32,000 nucleotides of DNA. Origin: Propionibacterium freudenreichii subsp. freudenreichii (lineage in GTDB: Bacteria; Actinomycetota; Actinomycetes; Propionibacteriales; Propionibacteriaceae). Each line of letters starts with the position of its first letter. Position 1 is the stretch's first letter. The translations under genes were made by a program, and so were the position numbers. The stretch is taken from positions 1,200,001 to 1,232,000 of the forward strand of contig NZ_CP010341.1 of assembly GCF_000940845.1 (NCBI RefSeq). Direction: 5' to 3'. This document shows positions 21,749 to 29,694 of this stretch, piece after piece. A model generated the notes under the pieces. The model worked only from the letters and a program-made list of their open reading frames with translations. It was not told the origin of the DNA and searched no databases.

Positions 21749-24700
21749 GTGCAAAACAGGGATCTACGCGAAGTGCTCGGCCACGAGGTGATTCTCGGTG
21801 ACGGGGCCATGGGAACCATGCTCCAGGCCGCCGTTCTCGGGCCGGACGATTTCGAGGGACACGATGGCTGTAACGAGATCCTCAATGTCACGCGCCCCGA
21901 TGTGATCCTCGATATCCATCGCGCCTATCTGGCCGCCGGTTCAGACGTCATCGAAACCAATACCTTCGGGGCGAATGCCGCCGCCCTGGGGGAATACGGA
22001 ATCACCGATCGCCTGGCCGAGCTGGCCGGTGCCGGCGCACGCCTTGCCCGTCAGGCCGCCGACGAGGCCGGCCCCGGCCACTGGGTGTTCGGTTCCATCG
22101 GGCCGGGCACCAAGCTGCCGACCCTGGGCCACATCGACTTCGTCACCCTGCGTGACGCCTACTACACCCAGGTCTCGGCCATGATCGACGGCGGTGTGGA
22201 CGCGGTCCAGATCGAAACCTGCCAGGACCTGCTGCAGGCCAAGGCGGCCGTGATCGGCGCCAGGCGCGCCGCACGCGACGCCCACGTCGACCTCCCGATC
22301 ATCGTGGACATCACGGTGGAGACGACCGGCACCATGCTGCTGGGCAGCGAGACCGGGGCTGCCCTGACGAGCCTGGCACCACTGGGCGTGGACGTCATCG
22401 GGCTCAATTGCGCCACCGGCCCCACCGAGATGAGCGAGCACCTGCGCTATCTGTCGGCCCACGCCGACTGCGCCGTGATGGCCATGCCGAATGCCGGGCT
22501 GCCCGAACTGACCGCCGACGGGGCGGTCTACCCGCTGGGACCCGATGAGTTCGCCCGGGCACAACTCGACTACGTCGAACGCTACGGGCTGGCGATCGTC
22601 GCCGGATGCTGCGGCACCACCCCCGAGCACATCGCGCGGCTGCGTGCCGCGCTCGGCGCCCACCGACCCGTGGAGCACCGCGACCCGGAACTGGTCAACA
22701 CTGTGTCCAGCCTCTACTCCGAGGTGGAGCTGCGCCAGGAGACCAGCTACCTGGCCGTGGGGGAGCGGACCAATGCGAACGGGTCCAAGGCCTTCCGCGA
22801 GGCCATGCTCGCCGGAGACCTGGAGACCTGCATCGACCTGGCCAAGGCACAGAGTCGGGAAGGCGCCCACTGCCTCGACCTGTGCGTCGACTACGTGGGA
22901 CGCGACGGCGTCGACGACATGGCCGAGCTGTCACAACGGTTCTCCACAGCAGTGACGCTGCCGGTGATGCTGGATTCCACCGAGCCCGAGGTCATCCGCT
23001 CGGGCCTCGAGCACCTGGCCGGACGGTGCATCATCAACTCAGTCAACTTCGAGGACGGGGACCAGCCCGGATCCCGGTTTGCCCGCCTGATGCCGATCAT
23101 CGCCGAGCACGGCGCCGCCGTGGTCGCCCTGACGATCGACGAGGAGGGCCAGGCCCGCACCGCCGAACGCAAGGTCGCCATCGCCGAGCGACTGGTCGAT
23201 CAACTCGTGGGCACCTGGGGCATGGACGAGGGAGACATCCTCGTCGACTGCCTCACCTTCCCGATCGCCACCGGCCAGGAGGAGACCCGCCGCGACGGAC
23301 TGGAGACGCTCAACGCCATCTCCGAGTTCAAGCGCCGCCATCCACGGGCCGGCACCACCCTGGGCGTGTCCAATATCTCCTTCGGGCTGAACGCGGCCGC
23401 CCGCGTCGTACTCAACTCGGTGTTCCTGCACGAGGCGGTCGAGGCAGGACTGGACTCGGCGATCGTGCGGGCCGCCAAGATCATGCCGATGGAACGCATC
23501 GATCCCGAACAGCGACAGGTCGCCCTGGACCTGATCTACGATCGCCGCACCCCCGACTACGACCCGTTGACCAGGATGCTCGACATGTTCGCCGGCGTCT
23601 CGTCGGCCGATGTGCGCGCCGAGCACGCCGCCGAACTCGCCGCGCTGCCACTGAACGAACGGTTGCGCCAGCGCATCATCGACGGCGACACCAACGGACT
23701 CACCGACGACCTCGACGAGGCCCTGCGCACCCGCGGGGCACTCGACATCCTCAATTCCGACCTGCTCGAGGGCATGAAGACCGTCGGGGAGCTCTTCGGG
23801 TCGGGCCAGATGCAGCTCCCGTTCGTCCTGCAGTCCGCCGAGACGATGAAGCGGGCCGTCGCGCACCTGGAACCCCACATGGATTCCACTGACGAGGCGG
23901 GGAAGGGCACCCTGGTGCTCGCCACCGTCAAGGGCGATGTCCACGACATCGGCAAGAACCTGGTCGACATCATCGTGTCCAACAACGGCTACACCGTGGT
24001 GAACCTGGGCATCAAGCAGCCGATCAGCGCCATCGTCGAGGCGGCGAAGCAGAACCACGCCGACGCCATCGGGATGAGTGGCCTGTTGGTGAAGTCGACG
24101 ATGGTGATGAAGGACAACCTCGCCGAGCTCGACCGACTCGGGGTGGGCAAGGACTTCCCCGTGATGCTCGGCGGTGCCGCCCTGACCCGCACCTTCGTCG
24201 AGGACGACCTGCAGCGCGACTTCTCCGGGCAGGTGCGCTATGCGAAGGATGCCTTCGAGGGGCTCAGCCTGATGGATTCCGTGATGGCGATCAAGCACGG
24301 CGATCCGGACGCGGCCCTGCCCGAGCCGCGCAAGCACCGCGTGGTCGCCAGGCCGCGCGCCACGGTCGAACCGGCCGACGGTGGGCCGGTGCGCTCCGAC
24401 GTCGCACGCCCCGTGCCCGGATCTCTGGACGTGCCCCGCGCGCCGTGGTTCGGCAATCGGATGGCCAAGGGCATCGGACTGGCCGAGATCACCGAATGGC
24501 TCGACGAGCGTGCCTTGTTCACCGGACGATGGGGATTGCGCGGACCCAGGAAGACCGACGGCACGCGCGACCTGATCGAACAGGAGGGACGTCCCCGCCT
24601 GCGGGGCTGGCTCGACCGGATCGCCGCCGAGGGCCTGGCGGTTCCCGGCGTGGTCTATGGCTATTTCCCCTGCTACTCGCAGGGGAACACCCTGATCCTG

Positions 24701-25240
24701 CTGGACCCCACCACCCCCGAAGCCCTCGACTCCGAGGCCAGTCGCTTCGACTTCCCCCGGCAGGCGGCAGGCCGCCGCCTGTGCATCGCCGACTTCTTCC
24801 GCGATCGCCGCGAGGCCGAGGAATTCGGTCCCGACACCGTGGCCCTGCAGTTGGTGACCATGGGGGAGCGGTTCTCGCAGGTCACCGCCGAGCTGTTCGC
24901 TGCGAATGCCTACCGCGACTACCTCGAACTCCACGGGCTGTCGGTGCAACTGGCCGAGGCATTGGCCGAGCTGTGGCACCACCGCATCCGCACCGAACTG
25001 GGCATCGCCGGCGAGGACGGCGAGATGACCGCCATGTTGCAGAAGCAGGCCTATCGCGGGGGACGCTACAGCTTCGGCTATGGCGCCTGCCCCGACCTGG
25101 ACCAACGCTCCCTGATCGAGGACCTGCTGCAGCCCGACCGCATCGGCGTGCACCTGAGCGAGGAGTTCCAGCTGCATCCCGAACAGTCCACCGACGCCAT
25201 CGTCGTCACTCATCCCGAGGCCAAGTACTTCAACACCTGA
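21749..25240 (+). CDS. metH: Methionine synthase, cobalamin-dependent
   Basis: 1163 aa covering the Hcy-binding (GAMGTML, ETNTFGAN, GLNCATGP, GCCGTTPEH), pterin-binding, B12-binding (GDVHDIGKNLV) and AdoMet-activation (RYSFGYGACPDL) modules. GTG start at 21749. Confidence 0.96.
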   Translation: MQNRDLREVLGHEVILGDGAMGTMLQAAVLGPDDFEGHDGCNEILNVTRPDVILDIHRAYLAAGSDVIETNTFGANAAALGEYGITDRLAELAGAGARLARQAADEAGPGHWVFGSIGPGTKLPTLGHIDFVTLRDAYYTQVSAMIDGGVDAVQIETCQDLLQAKAAVIGARRAARDAHVDLPIIVDITVETTGTMLLGSETGAALTSLAPLGVDVIGLNCATGPTEMSEHLRYLSAHADCAVMAMPNAGLPELTADGAVYPLGPDEFARAQLDYVERYGLAIVAGCCGTTPEHIARLRAALGAHRPVEHRDPELVNTVSSLYSEVELRQETSYLAVGERTNANGSKAFREAMLAGDLETCIDLAKAQSREGAHCLDLCVDYVGRDGVDDMAELSQRFSTAVTLPVMLDSTEPEVIRSGLEHLAGRCIINSVNFEDGDQPGSRFARLMPIIAEHGAAVVALTIDEEGQARTAERKVAIAERLVDQLVGTWGMDEGDILVDCLTFPIATGQEETRRDGLETLNAISEFKRRHPRAGTTLGVSNISFGLNAAARVVLNSVFLHEAVEAGLDSAIVRAAKIMPMERIDPEQRQVALDLIYDRRTPDYDPLTRMLDMFAGVSSADVRAEHAAELAALPLNERLRQRIIDGDTNGLTDDLDEALRTRGALDILNSDLLEGMKTVGELFGSGQMQLPFVLQSAETMKRAVAHLEPHMDSTDEAGKGTLVLATVKGDVHDIGKNLVDIIVSNNGYTVVNLGIKQPISAIVEAAKQNHADAIGMSGLLVKSTMVMKDNLAELDRLGVGKDFPVMLGGAALTRTFVEDDLQRDFSGQVRYAKDAFEGLSLMDSVMAIKHGDPDAALPEPRKHRVVARPRATVEPADGGPVRSDVARPVPGSLDVPRAPWFGNRMAKGIGLAEITEWLDERALFTGRWGLRGPRKTDGTRDLIEQEGRPRLRGWLDRIAAEGLAVPGVVYGYFPCYSQGNTLILLDPTTPEALDSEASRFDFPRQAAGRRLCIADFFRDRREAEEFGPDTVALQLVTMGERFSQVTAELFAANAYRDYLELHGLSVQLAEALAELWHHRIRTELGIAGEDGEMTAMLQKQAYRGGRYSFGYGACPDLDQRSLIEDLLQPDRIGVHLSEEFQLHPEQSTDAIVVTHPEAKYFNT

Positions 25241-25283
25241 GTGGGGCGGCCGGGTCAATGACCTGACCGGGATGGACGCAGCA

Positions 25284-25319
25284 AGTTGGGGGGTGGGTCC
25301 ACGGACCCACCCCCCAACT
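25284..25319 (+). terminator. Perfect G/C-rich hairpin 44 nt downstream of metH (candidate terminator, no U-tract)
   Basis: AGTTGGGGGGTGGGTCC (25284-25300) and GGACCCACCCCCCAACT (25303-25319) are exact reverse complements separated by AC, effectively a 16-bp stem with a 4-nt loop. Its last two bases are the first two bases of repeat unit 1. Confidence 0.55.
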
Positions 25320-25615
25320 GCGTCCTATCGGTCGCACGGGTTTCCGCGTGTGTGCGTCCTATCGGTCGCACGGGTTTCCGCGGGTGTGCGTCCTATCGGC
25401 CGCACTGGGTTCCCGCGGGTGTGCGTCCTATCGGCCGCACTGGGTTCCCGCGCGTGTGCGTCCTATCGGCCGCACCGGTTTCCCGCGTGTGTGCGTCCTA
25501 TCGGCCGCACCGGTTTCCCGCGTGTGTGCGTCCTATCGGCCGCACCGGTTTCCCGCGTGTGTGCGTCCTATCGGCCGCACCGGTTTCCCGCGTGTGTGCG
25601 TCCTATCGGCCGCAC
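25318..25615. repeat. Head-to-tail tandem array: 8 units of 34-35 bp plus a 20-bp terminal stub
   Basis: Units start at 25318, 25352 (34 bp each), 25386, 25421, 25456, 25491, 25526 and 25561 (35 bp each), with a stub at 25596-25615. Consensus GTGCGTCCTATCGGCCGCACCGGTTTCCCGCGTGT. Units 5-8 are identical and units 1-4 are diverged in pairs. There are no unique spacers. Confidence 0.95.
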
Positions 25616-26859
25616 ATGGCATTCATGTCGCCCGTCCATGCGAGCACCGCCGGTGCCCCGGTGCACAGCGACGAGCTGGCCTTCACGCCCTCACCGGCCT
25701 GCAGGGCCTCACCGTGCCCGAACGCCTGCTTGCGCGAGCCCATGAGGCTCGAGAGGAACCCGGGCTCCGCATCGGTCACCAGCTTGGTCTGGTCGGGATC
25801 AACGCCGGCATCCCGGGCAATCTGGCGGAATGCCTCTTCGCGCCCCAGCACGTCGTCCACCAGATGCTTGTCCTTGGCGGTTTGGGCATCGAACATATAG
25901 GCGCCCAGGTCGTTGCGGATCGTCTCGGGGGCGATGCCCCGCGACGTCGACACCCAGTTCACGAAGGCGTCATATTCCCGGGAAAGGCCTGCGGTGTACA
26001 CGTCACGTTCCTTCTGGGTCATGTCGCGGAAGGCATTGCCGAAGTCCTTGGCCTCTCCCTGGGTCAGGTAGAACTGGTCAATGCCGCCACTGGCGGTGAC
26101 ACCGTTGCCCAACAGGCCGCCATCCACCGCAGTGACATCGCGATAGCGGGCGAAGGGCCCCATGATCACGCCGATACTGCCGACCATCGTCCCCTGGTCG
26201 GCATAGATCCGGTTCACCCCGGCCATCGCATACATGCCCCCGGATGCGGACATCCCCTCGACGAAGGCGAAGCTCTTCTTCCCGGTGCGCTGCTCGTATC
26301 GGTCGACCGCGTCGGCGATCGCCCGGGAACCGTTGATCGACCCACCGGGGGTGTCCATGAGCAGCACGAGGCCGGCGGCACTGTCAGCGGTGAGCGAGTC
26401 GATCAGCTTGGCGACGTCATAGCCATAGGTGGCCGAGCTGAACATGCCCGACGACGATCCACCCGATGCCTGGATGGTCCCCGACACCGAGATCGCACGC
26501 AGTGTGTTCTTGGCGCTGCTGGAACCCCACAGGGTCTTGGTGACGCTGGTCTCGGCAGAGGTGTTGGCCCGTCCGATACGCGCGACGCCCACCAGGGCGA
26601 CCATGGCGATGGCACTGATCAGGCTGAGCGCACACAACACCGCGCCGATGCCCAGCGCCACGCCCATTCCCTGGCCGAACCCGCGCTTCAGCCCGGCGGG
26701 GGGAGCGGCCGGCGGATAGCCGCCGACCACGTGTGGGAAGAAGGGCGGGGCCGGCTGGAAGGGTGGCGGCGGTTGTTCGGCCGCCCCCTCGGGCGGACGG
26801 TCGGGCGGGGGCTGGGCACCCCGGGTTGCGGCGTCGTCGGGCGGTTGGGGGATGCTCAT
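25603..26859 (-). CDS. sppA: S49-family serine peptidase (signal peptide peptidase SppA, 36K type), membrane-anchored
   Basis: ORF 25603..26892. Pro-rich N-terminus, one TM helix (GMGVALGIGAVLCALSLISAIAMVALVGVA), then the ClpP/crotonase-like S49 core (LVLLMDTPGGSINGS, AFVEGMSASGGMYAMAG, VGSIGV). Start set at the ATG encoding MSIPQPP (26859), which has GAAGGA upstream. ATG 26892 is the alternative. Confidence 0.8.
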   Translation of the reverse strand: MSIPQPPDDAATRGAQPPPDRPPEGAAEQPPPPFQPAPPFFPHVVGGYPPAAPPAGLKRGFGQGMGVALGIGAVLCALSLISAIAMVALVGVARIGRANTSAETSVTKTLWGSSSAKNTLRAISVSGTIQASGGSSSGMFSSATYGYDVAKLIDSLTADSAAGLVLLMDTPGGSINGSRAIADAVDRYEQRTGKKSFAFVEGMSASGGMYAMAGVNRIYADQGTMVGSIGVIMGPFARYRDVTAVDGGLLGNGVTASGGIDQFYLTQGEAKDFGNAFRDMTQKERDVYTAGLSREYDAFVNWVSTSRGIAPETIRNDLGAYMFDAQTAKDKHLVDDVLGREEAFRQIARDAGVDPDQTKLVTDAEPGFLSSLMGSRKQAFGHGEALQAGEGVKASSSLCTGAPAVLAWTGDMNAMCGR

Positions 26860-27042
26860 GGGCGTTCCTTCGCGACTGGGCGGCATGTGCAATTGCGATC
26901 ATCCTAGAGACCCCATCAGCCGCCCGTGCCGGCTGTGGAAAGCCGTCGGAACCACCCCACGGGACACGACCGGCCGTCCGGAGCGGGCCCCGCGCGGCCA
27001 CAATTGGGCATTGCCGCCGTCCAACTGGGACAATGGCTCCTC

Positions 27043-27768
27043 GTGACTTCCGTATCGCCGCGACTGCCCGCCGCCGTGCTGTGGGACTTCGACGGCACGA
27101 TCCTGGACACCGAGCCGGCCTGGATGGCCAGCGAGATCGCCTATGTGGCATCGCACTCGGCCGTGTGGACCCTCGACGACGCCCGGGGGTACATCGGCGC
27201 CTCGTGGCGCACCCTCGGCAACGCCCTGGGCCAACGCATCGCGGAGGAAACCGGAACCACCGGACTGGATCCCTGGGACATCTACCAGTCGGTCAGCGCC
27301 GGTGTCGTCGACCAGGTGCGTGCCGGTCAGGCCCCGCTGCGTCCCGGGGCCCTCGAACTACTGGACGCGCTCGGTGCCGCCGCCGTGCCCTGCGCACTGG
27401 TCTCATCAAGCCCCGAATCGCTGTTGCGGGCCGGCGTCGCGGCACTGGGCATCCCCGACCCGTTCGAGGCGCTCATCGCCGGTCCCATGGTCGAGCACGG
27501 AAAGCCCGCGCCGGACTGCTATCTACTGGCCGCCGCAACGCTGCAGGTGCCCATCGGGCAGTGCGTCGTGCTGGAGGACTCTCCCACCGGATGCGAAGCG
27601 GGGCAGCGCTCCGGCGCCCTGGTGATCGGCATCCCCTCGGTGGCGCCCCTGCCCTCGGTGGCGGGTCAATTGCGGCGCGACAGCCTCGTCGGCCTCACCG
27701 TGGCCGACCTGGCAGCCATGGTCCGCGCCCACGGTGCCCACAGTGCCCACAAGGAGGACAGCCAATGA
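27043..27768 (+). CDS. HAD-superfamily hydrolase, subfamily IA (phosphatase / beta-phosphoglucomutase-like)
   Basis: Motif I VLWDFDGTILDTE, motif II ALVSSS, motif III/IV GKPAPD...VLEDSPTGCEAGQRSGA. GTG 27043 places DxD at residues 14-16. ATG 26926 is the long alternative. Confidence 0.75.
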   Translation: MTSVSPRLPAAVLWDFDGTILDTEPAWMASEIAYVASHSAVWTLDDARGYIGASWRTLGNALGQRIAEETGTTGLDPWDIYQSVSAGVVDQVRAGQAPLRPGALELLDALGAAAVPCALVSSSPESLLRAGVAALGIPDPFEALIAGPMVEHGKPAPDCYLLAAATLQVPIGQCVVLEDSPTGCEAGQRSGALVIGIPSVAPLPSVAGQLRRDSLVGLTVADLAAMVRAHGAHSAHKEDSQ

Positions 27769-28835
27769 GCCAGCTCGATCCAGCCGCCCTGTCCGGCGTG
27801 CACACCGGACCGTTGAGAGCCGGCGAACGGGTGACCCTGACCGACATCAAGGGCCGACGCCACACCCTCGTCCTGGAGGTCGGCAAGGACTTCCACACCA
27901 CCAAGGGTGCGGTGAACCATGACGAGATGATCGGGCGACCCGAGGGCGGCGTGGTCACCACCGCCGGTGGCGCCCAGTTCACCGTCTTCCGGCCCCTGCT
28001 CTACGAGTACACCGTCGGCATGCCCCGCGAGGCAGCGGTGATCTACCCCAAGGATGCCGCCCAGATCCTGATGTGGACCGACATCTTTCCGGGTGCCCGT
28101 GTGCTCGAGGCAGGCGTGGGATCGGGGGCGCTCAGCCTGTCTCTCCTGCGTGCCATCGGACCGACGGGCACCCTGCACAGCTACGAGCGACGCCAGGAAT
28201 TCGCCGACGTCGCCGAGCTCAATGTCACCTCCTTCCTCGGGGGGACCCACCCGGGCTGGACGATCACGGTGGGCGACCTGGTCGACGAGATCGCCGATGA
28301 ACCGATCGATCGTGCCGTGCTCGACATGCTGAGCCCCTGGGACTGCATCGACGCAGTAGCCGAGCGCCTGGTGCCCGGCGGGCTGCTGTGCTGCTACGTC
28401 GCCACCACCACGCAGCTGGGAAGGGTGGCTGACCAGCTGCGCTACCACGGTGGCTTCACCGAACCGTCGCTGACCGAAACCGACGTCCGCGAATGGCACG
28501 CGGAGGGCTTGGCGATCAGGCCCGGCCATGGCGGACACGGCCACACGGGATTCCTGGTGATCTCCCGGCGGATGGCCCCCGGCGTCGATGCGCCCATGAA
28601 GAAGCGCCGTCCCGCACCCGCCGCCTACGGCGCCGACTATGCCGGACCGGTGCCGCGCAATGTCCTGCCCGAGCAATTGGCCGCAAACCGGCAGCGATCC
28701 CTCGACGACTCCGACCAGATCGCCCCGGCCGTCAAGCGCGCCCTGAGACGCCATGTCGATGCCCAACGCAGCATTCACCCCGCCGATGGTGCGCAGCGGG
28801 CCCAGCCCGCGCCCGGAGACGGCCACGATGAGTAG
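27765..28835 (+). CDS. trmI: tRNA (adenine58-N1)-methyltransferase TrmI, with ~80-aa C-terminal tail
   Basis: This is the downstream part of the 700-aa ORF 26733..28835. ATG 27765 has AAGGAGGA 6 nt upstream and overlaps the HAD stop (ATGA). VIYPKDAAQILMWTDIFPGARVLEAGVGSGALSLSLLRAIGP, DRAVLDMLSPW and the catalytic core run to about residue 272 of 356. Confidence 0.85.
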   Translation: MSQLDPAALSGVHTGPLRAGERVTLTDIKGRRHTLVLEVGKDFHTTKGAVNHDEMIGRPEGGVVTTAGGAQFTVFRPLLYEYTVGMPREAAVIYPKDAAQILMWTDIFPGARVLEAGVGSGALSLSLLRAIGPTGTLHSYERRQEFADVAELNVTSFLGGTHPGWTITVGDLVDEIADEPIDRAVLDMLSPWDCIDAVAERLVPGGLLCCYVATTTQLGRVADQLRYHGGFTEPSLTETDVREWHAEGLAIRPGHGGHGHTGFLVISRRMAPGVDAPMKKRRPAPAAYGADYAGPVPRNVLPEQLAANRQRSLDDSDQIAPAVKRALRRHVDAQRSIHPADGAQRAQPAPGDGHDE

Positions 28836-29694
28836 TCTGGATCGGATGAACGAGACCCAATGGTCGCGCCCCCACGCTCGTCCCGGTCTGGATGACGCCC
28901 TGATGAGCGCCTCGACGAGCTCCTTCGTCGACCTCCTGCACGCCGTGCACCCCGAATTGCTGGCCACCGCCGGCGTCGGCACCGACGGCGTGCAGCCCAC
29001 CCGGGCGACCACCATCGTGGCCGTCAAGTACCGCGACGGCGTGGTGATGGCCGGCGACCGGCGGGCCACCCGGGGACACGAGATCGCTCAGCGCGATATC
29101 GAGAAGGTCTTCGCCGCGGACGAGGCGACACTGATCGGCGTGGCGGGTGCCGCCGGAATGGCCATCGACCTGGCCCGGCTCTATCGCCTGGAGCTGTCCC
29201 ACTACGAGAAGCTGGAAGGCGCCTCACTCAGTTTCGAGGGCAAGGCGAACCGGTTGGCCACCATGATCCGCGAGCAGCTCACGATGGCCCTGCAGGGCTT
29301 CGTCGTCGTGCCCCTGCTTGCGGGCTGGGACCCACATCGCCGCGAGGGACGTGTGGTCAGCTATGACGCCACCGGCGGACATTACGAGGAGTCAGAATTC
29401 GCCTCCATCGGTTCGGGATCAGCCTTCGCGCGGGGATCCCTCAAGAAGCTGCACCACCCCGACCTCGAGCGCGATGAGGCTGCCCTGGTGTGTATCCAGG
29501 CACTGTTCGACGCAGCCGATGACGACTCGGCCACCGGCGGACCAGACCTGATCCGGGCGATCTACCCGGTAGTCATGTCAGCGTCCGAGCAGGGGGTCCA
29601 CGGGTTCTCCGACGACGCGGTGGCCGGGCTCACCAACACGATGATGTCGGGACGCCATGGCCGCCCCAACGGACCGGGGGCAGCCAGCTCATGA
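28828..29694 (+). CDS. prcB: 20S proteasome beta subunit (with ~60-aa propeptide)
   Basis: SSFVDLLHAVHPELL propeptide. Mature N-terminus TTIVAVKYRDGVVMAGDRRAT...IEKVF gives Thr1/Asp17/Lys33. YEKLEG, PLLAGWD and DAADDDSATGGPDL closely parallel M. tuberculosis PrcB. ATG 28828 overlaps the trmI end by 8 nt. ATG 28753 and ATG 28846 are alternatives. Confidence 0.88.
   Translation: MSSLDRMNETQWSRPHARPGLDDALMSASTSSFVDLLHAVHPELLATAGVGTDGVQPTRATTIVAVKYRDGVVMAGDRRATRGHEIAQRDIEKVFAADEATLIGVAGAAGMAIDLARLYRLELSHYEKLEGASLSFEGKANRLATMIREQLTMALQGFVVVPLLAGWDPHRREGRVVSYDATGGHYEESEFASIGSGSAFARGSLKKLHHPDLERDEAALVCIQALFDAADDDSATGGPDLIRAIYPVVMSASEQGVHGFSDDAVAGLTNTMMSGRHGRPNGPGAASS

Noticed and set aside
23039-25258. 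Long antisense ORFs (e.g. 23039..25258-, 6802..8694-, 4343..5839-, 15668..17302-, 14571..15716-, 145..1308-, 9196..10221-)
   Set aside because: These are typical high-G+C shadow ORFs opposite strongly supported genes. Their translations are Arg/Gly/Pro/Ala-rich with no motifs, and the sense-strand genes have clear homology.
25318-25615. CRISPR array interpretation of the repeats
   Set aside because: Units are directly head-to-tail. The 14-15-nt variable segments are close variants of one another rather than unique spacers. There are no cas genes in the window, and the 35-bp total period is too short for repeat plus spacer.
25272-26907. Three forward-strand ORFs (25272..25745, 25286..25900, 25348..26907) encoding repetitive Cys/Arg/Pro-rich peptides
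   Set aside because: They are open only because the repeat unit lacks forward stops in all frames and because they run antisense through GC-rich sppA. There is no SD or homology, and the 35-bp period rotates the frame every unit.
26889-27006. GCAATTGC (26889-26896) and CAATTG (27001-27006) palindromes in the sppA/HAD divergent spacer as operators
   Set aside because: CAATTG occurs at several unrelated places in the window at roughly the frequency expected by chance. The flanks are not symmetric.
26733-27764. N-terminal 344 residues of the 700-aa ORF 26733..28835 as part of TrmI
   Set aside because: This part is Arg/Pro/Gly-rich with no recognisable domain. It overlaps the sppA start region and the whole HAD gene in another frame. 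The TrmI homology begins at ATG 27765, which has a strong AAGGAGGA.
28753-28827. ATG 28753 as the prcB start
   Set aside because: It would overlap trmI by 83 nt and add residues upstream of an already normal-length (~60 aa) propeptide. ATG 28828 gives the usual stop/start coupling.
28400-28830. Search for a hidden pup gene upstream of prcB
   Set aside because: None of the three forward frames gives a small acidic ORF with the Pup-like C-terminus (…FV..YVQKGGQ/E). The only ORFs are the TrmI tail and Arg/Pro-rich shadow frames.
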